Below are positions 53,403 through 64,000 of a stretch of DNA of 64,000 nt, piece after piece. Numbering within the stretch: position 1 is the stretch's first letter; every line of letters begins with the position of its first letter. The DNA comes from Eledone cirrhosa (lineage: Eukaryota). Location: contig OZ024757.1 in assembly GCA_964016885.1 (NCBI GenBank), positions 12,772,001 through 12,836,000 on the forward strand, given 5' to 3'. The notes under the pieces were generated by a model. The model was not told the origin of the DNA. It saw only the letters and a list, made by a program, of their open reading frames with translations, and searched no databases. The position numbers and the translations under genes are program-made.

Positions 53403-53956
53403 TATAGTGTATATATATGTTGTGATGTCTCTGGTACCAAGCTGTATCAGCCATTACCTTTCCCTTGGACAACATGGGTGGCGTGGAGAGGGTAGACTGT
53501 TATACTTGGGTCACTGCTGGTCTTCCTCAAACAACCAGGCCTGTGTCTGAGAGGGGAACTGTCTAGTTGCAAATCGCATGGTCCTTAGTGACTGGCGGGG
53601 GGGGGGGTCTACGATATGCTAGGTGTATATATAGTAATGTATGTATATATCCTGTGTCATTGTCTTTGTGAAGTGCAATTGTGTGAAGTCAGCTTTTATC
53701 ACCTCAAACTAGGTCTTCCTAGCTTCATCAATTGTGTTAGGTCAGCTTTTATCACCTCATCCCAGCTCTTCCTACTTCACATCTTCTATCAATTGTGTGA
53801 GGTCAGCTTTTATCACCTCATCCCAGGTCTTCCTACTTCTCATCTACCATCAATTTTATAAAATGTCTGAAAACAACTTAGAAAAAATTTTAATCAAAAT
53901 CAAAATTTAATACCAAAGAGAGGAAATTGGAATATTATCCAATGAAAGTTGCTTAA

Positions 53957-56900
53957 CCCTTTAACATTTAAACTGGCCATAACCGACCAGAATTCTGTCC
54001 CCTTTTTCTCTTTTAAACTGGCTGTCACTGGCCACTCTTACTGATGTTCAGGTATTGTTCTCAATATAAATAATATCAAAACCTCATAGATTCGATATTA
54101 TGTGAGGTAAAGACATTACCATGGAAATATAATAGTATATATAGAGTAATGTAAATGTTATGTGAGGTAAAGCCTTTACTGTGAAAATACAATAGTATAT
54201 ATAGAGTAATGTAAATGTTATGTGAGGTAAAGACTTTACCATGGAAATACAATAGTACATATAGAGTAATGTAAATGTTATGTGAGGTAAAGACTTTACC
54301 ATGGAAATACAATAGTATATATAGAGTAGTGTAAATGTTATGTGAGGTAAAGCCTTTACCATGGAAATATAATAGTATATATAGAGTAATGTAAATGTTA
54401 TGTGAGGTAAAGACTTTACCATGGAAATATAATAGTATATATAGAGTAATGTAAATGTTATGTGAGATTAAAGACATTACCATGGAAATATAATAGTATA
54501 TATAGAGTAATGTAAATGTTATGTGAGGTAAAGCCTTTACTGTGAAAATACAATAGTATGTATAGAGTAATGTAAATGTTATGTGAGATAAAGACATTAC
54601 CATGGAAATATAATAGTATATATAGAGTAATGTAAATGTTATGTGAGGTAAAGACTTTACCATGGAAATATAATAGTATATATAGAGTAATGTAAATGTT
54701 ATGTGAGATTAAAGACATTACCATGGAAATATAATAGTATATATAGAGTAATGTAAATGTTATGTGAGGTAAAGACTTTACCATGGAAATATAATAGTAT
54801 ATATAGAGTAATGTAAATGTTATGTGAGATTAAAGACATTACCATGGAAATATAATAGTATATATAGAGTAATGTAAATGTTATGTGAGGTAAAGGGTTT
54901 ACCATGGAAATATAATAGTATATATAGAGTAATGTAAATGTTATGTGAGGTAAAGACTTTACCATGGAAATATAATAGTATATATAGAGTAATGTAAATG
55001 TTATGTGAGGTAAAGACTTTACTATGGAAATATAATAGTATATATAGAGTAATGTAAATGTTATGTGAGGTAAAGCCTTTACTGTGAAAATACAATAGTA
55101 TATATAGAGTAATGTAAATGTTATGTGAGATAAAGACATTACCAAGGAAATATAATAGTATATATAGAGTAATGTAAATGTTATGTGAGGTAAAGACGTT
55201 ACCATGGAAATATAATAGTATATATAGAATAATATAAATGTTATGTGAGATAAAGACTTTTCCATGGAAATACAATAGTCTATATAGAGTAATGTAAATG
55301 TTATGTGAGGTAAAGACTTTACCATGGAAATACAATAGTATATATAGAGTAATGTAAATGTTATGTGAGGTAAAGACTTTACCATGGAAATATAATAGTA
55401 TATATAGAGTAATGTAAATGTTATGTGAGATTAAAGACATTACCATGGAAATATAATAGTATATATAGAGTAATGTAAATATTATGTGAGGTAAAGGCTT
55501 TACCATGGAAATATAATAGTATATATAGAGTAAAGTAAATGTTATGTGAGGTAAAGACTTTACCATGGAAATACAATAGTATATATAGAGTAATGTAAAT
55601 GTTATGTGAGGTAAAGACTTTACCATGGAAATACAATAGTATGTATAGAGTAGTGTAAATGTTATGTGAGGTAAAGGCTTTACCATGGAAATATAATAGT
55701 ATATATAGAGTAATGTAAATGTTATGTGAGGTAAAGACTTTACCATGGAAATATAATAGTATATATAGAGTAATGTAAATGTTATGTGAGGTAAAGACAT
55801 TACCATGGAAATATAATAGTATATATAGAGTAATGTAAATGTTATGTGAGGTAAAGACTTTACCATGGAAATATAATAGTAAATATAGAGTAATGTAAAT
55901 GTTATGTGAGGTAAAGACTTTACCATGGAAATACAATAGTATATATAGAGTAATGTAAATGTTATGTGAGGTAAAGACTTTACCATGGAAATACAATAGT
56001 ATGTATAGAGTAATGTAAATGTTATGTGAGGTAAAGACTTTACCATGGAAATATAATAGTATATATAGAGTAATGTAAATGTTATGTGAGATTAAAGACA
56101 TTACCATGGAAATATAATAGTATATATAGAGTAATGTAAATATTATGTGAGGTAAAGGCTTTACCATGGAAATATAATAGTATATATAGAGTAATGTAAA
56201 TGTTATGTGAGGTAAAGACTTTACCATGGAAATACAATAGTATATATAGAGTAATGTAAATGTTATGTGAGGTAAAGACTTTACCATGGAAATACAATAG
56301 TATATATAGAGTAGTGTAAATGTTATGTGAGGTAAAGGCTTTACCATGGAAATATAATAGTATATATAGAGTAATGTAAATGTTATGTGAGGTAAAGACT
56401 TTACCATGGAAATATAATAGTATATATAGAGTAATGTAAATGTTATGTGAGGTAAAGACATTACCATGGAAATATAATAGTATATATAGAGTAATGTAAA
56501 TGTTATGTGAGGTAAAGACTTTACCATGGAAATATAATAGTAAATATAGAGTAATGTAAATGTTATGTGAGGTAAAGACTTTACCATGGAAATACAATAG
56601 TATATATAGAGTAATGTAAATGTTATGTGAGGTAAAGACATTACCATGAAAATATAATAGTATATATAGAGTAATGTAATTGTTATGTGAGGTAAAGACT
56701 TTACTATGGAAATATAATAGTATATATAGAGTAATGTAAATGTTATGTGAGGTAAAGCCTTTACTGTGAAAATACAATAGTATATATAGAGTAATGTAAA
56801 TGTTATGTGAGATAAAGACATTACCATGGAAATATAATAGTATATATAGAGTAATGTAAATGTTATGTGAGGTAAAGACTTTACCATGGAAATATAATAG

Positions 56901-57470
56901 TATATATAGAGTAATGTAAATGTTATGTGAGGTAAAGCCTTTACTGTGAAAATACAATAGTATATATAGAGTAATGTAAATGTTATGTGAGATAAAGACA
57001 TTACCATGGAAATATAATAGTATATATAGAGTAATGTAAATGTTATGTGAGGTAAAGACTTTACCATGGAAATATAATAGTATATATAGAGTAATGTAAA
57101 TGTTATGTGAGGTAAAGACTTTACCATGGAAATATAATACTATATATAGAGTAGTGTAAATGTTATATGAGGTAAAGACTTTACCATGGAAATACAATAG
57201 TATATATAGAGTAATATAAATGTTATGTGAGGTAAAGACTTTACCATGGAAATACAATAGTATATATAGAGTAATGTAAATGTTATGTGAGGTAAAGACT
57301 TTACCATGGAAATATAATAGTATATATAGAGTAATGTAAATGTTATGTGAGGTAAAGACTTTACCATGGAAATATAATACTATATATAGAGTAGTGTAAA
57401 TGTTATATGAGGTAAAGACTTTACCATGGAAATACAATAGTATATATAGAGTAGTGTAAATGCTAAAGGG
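53957..57470. mobile_element. piggyBac-type non-autonomous element enclosing a satellite
   Basis: TTAA-CCCTTTAACATTTA ... TAAATGCTAAAGGG-TTAA. Confidence 0.75.
54097..57462. repeat. 60-bp satellite, ~56 copies (some 61 bp)
   Basis: Unit gttatgtgaggtaaagactttaccatggaaatataatagtatatatagagtaatgtaaat. Confidence 0.97.
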
Positions 57471-57474
57471 TTAA

Positions 57475-57512
57475 CCCCTGAAGAAAGGACTTTTAGGTCC
57501 CGAAATATTGGA
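57475..57512 (+). ncRNA. Minimal HHR motif in a PLE pseudo-LTR remnant (57475-57650)
   Basis: cc-CTGAAGA-aa-ggac ttttag gtcc-c-GAAA-tatt-gg; downstream GGTAAC and CTTCAAGCAAAC shared with PLE2. Confidence 0.6.
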
Positions 57513-59163
57513 CAGATAAAAGAACAACAACAAAAAAACAAAACAAAGATTACCAGGTAACTTTTACTTTTCGTTACCTCATCTTACAGTCCATTTTCTA
57601 TATCTTTCAACGTTATATATTATATAGAATTCTTCAAGCAAACTACATTTCTATTATATATCATCATCATCATCAATTAACGTCCATCTTCCACACTAAC
57701 ATGGGTTAGACGGGTCCCATCTAGAGGCAAGTTGGGTTGGGTGACCATGTCTAACTCATATAGGGGTATTTCCGGCTGGTTTTCTACTGCTGGGTGCCCT
57801 TCCTAACGCCAACTACATTGACAGTGTGGGCGGGGTGCTTTTTGCTGTGTCTTTTACACATCCACTTTACAGTGTGCTCTGGGATGTGGGTGGGATATAT
57901 ATATATGTATGTATCATCACCATTTAGCGTCCATTTTTCCATGCTTGCATGTGTTAGACGGGTCATCCGCGCCAGGAGGCAAGTTTGGCCATGTGTCGCA
58001 CCTTGCTAAGGTGAGATCTGTAAATTTGGTTGGGTATTTTACAGCTGGATTCCCTTCCTAACATCAACCATGTTTACAGTGTGGAACTGGATGACACCAC
58101 TATGAGGAGGGACAAGCAAGTTGACTGCGCTGAACCTGTCTCACATTGGAACCATAGAGTTTTGGGGCCTCGTACTGGGTGGCACCACTATGAGGAGGGG
58201 TGGCCAGTCGGCTGCACCAAACCGATCTCACAAGGTTACCATAGTTTTGGGGCCCTGTACAAGATGACACTGCTATAGTGATGGTGTACCTGTTGTTTGA
58301 CATATATATAGCCTTGGTTTATATAAATAAATATCACACAGGTATATTTCTACAGTTTACCAATGTACAATATTTACCGGCGCCAAAGATACTTCATCCT
58401 CAAGGACTCACACTAATTTTGTCAACCAAAAATTAAAAAAAAATAATAAGCAACCTTTGGCCTCCAGGAAGAATGGTTGATTGTTGAGACTTATTTTAGG
58501 TAAAAAGTAACGTCTTTGATGCTGGGAAATACTGTAAAAATGTAAAGTTTCCACTGTTAAATCTATCCCTGTATTTTAAGTATTCTCTATTATACTGTTT
58601 CTTTCTTATAAGTCTTATAAGAATGAATTTTTTGCTAAACTGCCATAGAGCAGACCTCTGAAGAGATAGAAGGCTATAATTTATGTAGCATGCTGGAATA
58701 TCACTGCTTACATTGGAGAGAATTGCTCTGGACAGAATGTTGATATCTACAGTTTATCAATATAAAAATATAAAATTTCCACTGTTAAATCTATCTCTGC
58801 TTCTGAAGTGTTCTCTATTATCTCATACTGTTTCTTTCTTATTTCAGAATATCAGATGACATTGGGATATTGGATACATCCCCTCTTTTTATCATCATTT
58901 GAAGACTAAAACAGAACTTATATAACACTGTTTATATAAATCTGTCGTTGAATTACTGTGAAATATTTCCTCAGAACTGAGTTTATTTTCTTCACTATAA
59001 GATGGTTTTGTATTTTAACTAAACTTGGATGAAAAAGAAGTTTGTATTATCTTCAGATATTAACTGAAATTACAGTTGAGGGAAATATAGAAGATATATT
59101 TTTAAGGAATATAATATAAAAAATATTACAAGTAAAACATTTGTATATTCTGTTGAAGAATAA

Positions 59164-59481
<318 letters not shown>

Positions 59482-62400
59482 TGAACTCGTACAAGCTCTC
59501 CCTTTCTCTCACACTTACACAACATATCCTACAAACCATGGTTGTTGCATTTCTCTCCAGTCTACATATCCTCTGCAGTCACAGCCCTTGTTTAGTTACC
59601 ATACATCATTGCACATCACCCACATGTGTCATACAGTTGTCCTTTTGAACAGAGAGAGAAACCTTTTGTGGTCAACTGTTGCACTAGCTCTTTAAACTTT
59701 TTCCATCCTATCCTTATTCTAGCTATTCATCTGTCAGAGCAGCCCCCTCCACTGCTAATTAAGTCACCTAGATTTCAAAAGCTATCAACCACTTCTATGT
59801 GTATCTAATTACATATATAATTAAGCCTGACAATTCCACTGCTAAAGATTTACCTCCCTTTTTGACAATATGAAACTCTCCTCTGTTTGGGGTGAACATT
59901 TTTGGAGGAAAGAACTTCCTTTTAATATTTGTCAGCATGCCTAATGAAGGGTCTGTTTGGAAGTGCCTCCCCTATTAAACAGTGGTGGCCATAAGTGGAC
60001 TCAGAAACCAATGGTCACACATACATGTGTATGAAACATTATTTACTCTAAATAGACTATGGGTACACCAGAGATTTAGTAGGAGATAAAGTAAGGTAGC
60101 TAAGAAAGTAGGTTTTACATGGGGTCATTGCACTGGAACAGTAAGACACAATCGCTTTTAGGAGACAAACTCTATCAAATATTTAAAGGATTCTGTAGAA
60201 GCAGTTGACAGTTTCTGTTACCAGGGTGACCAAATTAGCAGTGGAGGTAGGAGTACTGAAAGTACAGTAACAAGAGTAACAACAAGATGACAAAAGTTTG
60301 GGTGCTACTACTGCTGCTGGCTACAAAAGGTTGTTTCATCAATTTGATGTGTGCATATGAACAGCAATGCTGCATTGCAGTGAGATGTGGGTGGTGTGTG
60401 CAGAGGACCTCCGAAGATTAGATAGAAATGAAGCTTGAATCTCCGATGGATGTGTAATATTAATATACATGAAGAACAAAGTGTAAATAATCTGAGAGAA
60501 AACTCGGGCATGAGAGGGATAAGATACAGTATGCAGGAGTGTAGATTGCTGTGGTATGGACATGTGATGTGTATGAAGGTAGAGATGTTGTATAAAAGGT
60601 TGACCTCTTGAAATTGATGGAAGAGGAAGACTTAGGAAAGATTTGGATGAGGAGGTAAAAACTGACCTGACACGATTGTACCTCTCAAAGGTGATGACAC
60701 AGGATTGAAATCTCTGGCGTTGTACAGTACTGCAGGAGACTTGCATTCCCATGTGCATGGGATGAAGCAACATTTCGTGGTTTGAAGTATGGTCCAATTT
60801 TCCTCCTCTCCACATCTTAACACTCCACCCCCTTACCAGCTAAGTACACCACCCTGACCTACCTCGCCAATCCCCACCCTACATACACACAACCCCACCC
60901 CTACTTACACATCTGATTCACCTCTATTGACAAACCCATGTATACAAGTATGAAAAGCTTAACATGCTCTCCTCCAATGCTGCTGAAATGGCTAAACCCT
61001 CAGGCAGCCCTGTAAGGTGGTCACGCAGGTGTCATGTCAAAAGAGCACCGAGTCCTCTCTGTTAGGTAATATGACAAAAGAATACCTAACCCTCCCTGCA
61101 AGGTAGTCATGCTGGTGACATGACAAATAAGCACCCAGTTCACCCAGTGATGTAGACATGACAGGAGGCCTCTAGCCTTCTCTGTAAAGTAGTCATGCTA
61201 GTGGCAAGACTGAAGGCACCCAACCACCCTTCAAAGTAGTCAAATTGGTGACATGACAAAGAGCACCAAGTCTGCTCTCTTAGCTGGTGGTTGTCATGAT
61301 GATGACACAGCAAAAAGCACCCAGTCCACCCTGTAGGTTGGCCATGTTAGCAACCCAATAAATACCAAGTCCACCCTGTAAATGTGGTTGGAGTTAGGAA
61401 GGGCATCCAGCCATAGAAACCAACCAGAAATGGTTCTTGAATGAGCAAGACACGGTTATTTGATCTAGGTTTTCACACAACAGGACAAGTCGTCCAGCCC
61501 ATGCTAGCATGTAAAATGGAGTTTAAATTGTGATGAGCATAAATACAATATATGAATATATACGTATATATTATATTCTGTTATCGTTATACCTGTTCCA
61601 GCCATCTGGCTGAGGCCAAGCTGGGACACCGCCGTTGAGATATTTGTATATATATGGGATTAAACATCGGTAAGAGAATTTATTTTCATATCGATGTTTG
61701 ACGGGCATCCACTGATGATTTATAAGTGCCCACCTGCATATATTCCTACGGAATGTTGTGAAGGCTTCTACATAACCCGGACACATTCTCCCAACTTGTA
61801 GAAAACTTATAATGAAACAATTGTTTGGAAAAGGAGATATATTTTAATTATGTCTCATATAAAATAATACTACTGGCCTTCTGCAAAATACATATAGTTA
61901 GCACCCCAAACGTAAAATTGGGATTATACTAAGGTATATCCTAATGTTTGTTGAGTGAGATGGAAGCCAGTCAGAGTATAGCTTAAGGCTTTCTCTGTTA
62001 ATGTATTGAGTATATATATATATATATATATATATTAAAATAACAGAAACTAAAAAAAATCAATCTATGAACGCAGAAGGAAATATTTCGAAAAACTTTG
62101 CAACCGAAGGAAGACGGGAAGACGATACTTTGGTCCGTGAAGACGTTTCCTGGCAATGAACGGAAAAAAGCGAAGATAATACGTCGTTATGTGGAGCGGT
62201 GACAACAATTACACGTAAAGACAAAACCACATTTATGGTATAAATGGAGTTGTAGACTAATATACTATTTAGGAAACTGAATGATTCTCGGCTTCGGAGT
62301 TCAGAATAATTGTTTCTACTTTTGCCACAAGGCCAGCAAATACCCAGTGCATTACTGGTACTTTACAGAATAATGTAAATAAATTAGTTGAATGAAAATT

Positions 62401-63358
62401 ACAGAGGTTATTAAAATCATAAAACTAATAATTGTTTCTACTTTTTGGCACATGGCCAGCAATTATCCAGTACATTACTGTTACTGTATTTTATCGACCC
62501 CGTAAGGATGAAAGGTAAAGTTAACCTCGGCGGGATTTGAACTCAGACCATCCATTTAAGTAATAAAAATTAAATATATACATAAAAACAATTATACAGG
62601 TGCATATGCGAAAACACACACCATGCATGCATATACATGCACATACACATAAACACGCTCACACGGAGGTAAACCGGCGCGACACATATACCCGCACACA
62701 TACGAACGTATACACCAAATACACATATAAATATATGTTTGTGTGTGTGTATATACATATAATTATAAATATACACACATAAATGTGTATAGAACGCACA
62801 CTCGCACATATCTACAGGTTAATACACACGTTCGCCAAACATACATATACCAAAACCCTATGTACACATATACATACCATACAAACGTGCAAACACATAT
62901 ACATACATACATACATACATACATGGTGGCTGCCAACTCGTTTTCGAGTACGGCCACTACTTTATATCCATGTAGGAGAACCCCTACTGATGCGCTGAAC
63001 AAGTGACTTTTTAGTCCAGCCAGCGACTTGAAAACTCTGGTACAAACACTACACTTGTGACAATTATTGACACATAGTGCTGGGCCCATGGTACCATGTG
63101 ATGACAAGTGCAGAGAGATCACCAGATATAAAGCAATGCCTGTGCTGTAAAGCTTTTATAGTGAGTAAAGGCACTGCACAAAGCCAGTCTCACTCTCTTA
63201 ACCAAGATGATATTTACCAAAAAGAAAAACAAGTCAACATCATTGGATACCATCAGGGTTGCAGGTGTTATATCAGAGTTTTCCTTCTCCTAGAATTCTG
63301 CCTTGACAAAGGCTAAGGGGTCATCATATATATAGATACATACATACATGTATGAATG

Positions 63359-63389
<31 letters not shown>

Positions 63390-64000
63390 CAGATGTAACT
63401 GATGTTTCTAGCTGTTAGAGAGACTACATAGGTTTTCTTATTGATATATAATTGATATTTTATTGAGTGATACTTTATGATTTACAATAAATTAAATACG
63501 ATTGGAAGTGTGTGTGAAGGTATTAAATTATATCAGGGACTTTTAACGTATGACACCGGTGAGTTAAATCATTTCCAACGACACCGAGTACCTGCTGTCT
63601 TTATTTATGACACCGTACGAGAGTTGAAACATTCTCAACAACACCGGGTACCAGCTGTCTTCATTATAACTTTAATTAATCTAATTATATCATGTGTAAC
63701 AATTATATATACACACAATTTTATTTCCCCGACATCAGTCTTCCACTGTCATATCTATTCTTACTTTACAATTGTGTCTACGAAGAGTTCCATTACAATC
63801 AGTAGTAGTAAAACTACTGTTTCACCAGAACATCTGCTATCAGTCATTTATAGACAATATATATATTTTAGACCTCATATCAACCTAATATATATATATT
63901 TCCTATCAAATCTGTAGCTAAAGACATAAAGTCAGCCTCACTACTTCATTCTGACAAGATATCAATTTATGACTAAAGACGAAGAAGATACACCAACGTT

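Noticed and set aside
54076-57437. ORFs up to 568 aa
   Set aside because: Artefacts of the 60-bp satellite; they break at 61-bp units.

Overview
Repeat-rich animal DNA. The C2H2 zinc-finger gene style, huge (TA)n tracts, SINEs and RTE LINEs suggest an octopus/coleoid zinc-finger cluster (inference). The first ~17 kb is a (TA)n-embedded nest of Penelope-like retroelements (PLEs): two 5'-truncated RT + GIY-YIG elements with inverted pseudo-LTRs, plus many non-coding elements. By eye I find about 20 type I hammerhead-ribozyme (HHR) motifs of at least 8 sequence families there. They include two tandem-repeat families (~312 bp and ~466-544 bp units, one HHR per unit) with the hallmarks of non-LTR retrozymes, i.e. 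self-cleaving, probably circular RNAs mobilised by PLE enzymes. The rest holds a two-exon death-domain fragment, an intact 14-finger C2H2 gene and a truncated paralog sharing a conserved upstream motif, and a CR1-type LINE interrupted by a full-length LTR retrotransposon with a -1 frameshift signal. It also has RTE fragments, SINEs, MITEs and a 60-bp satellite inside a piggyBac-type element. All calls are manual; no searches or folding were run.
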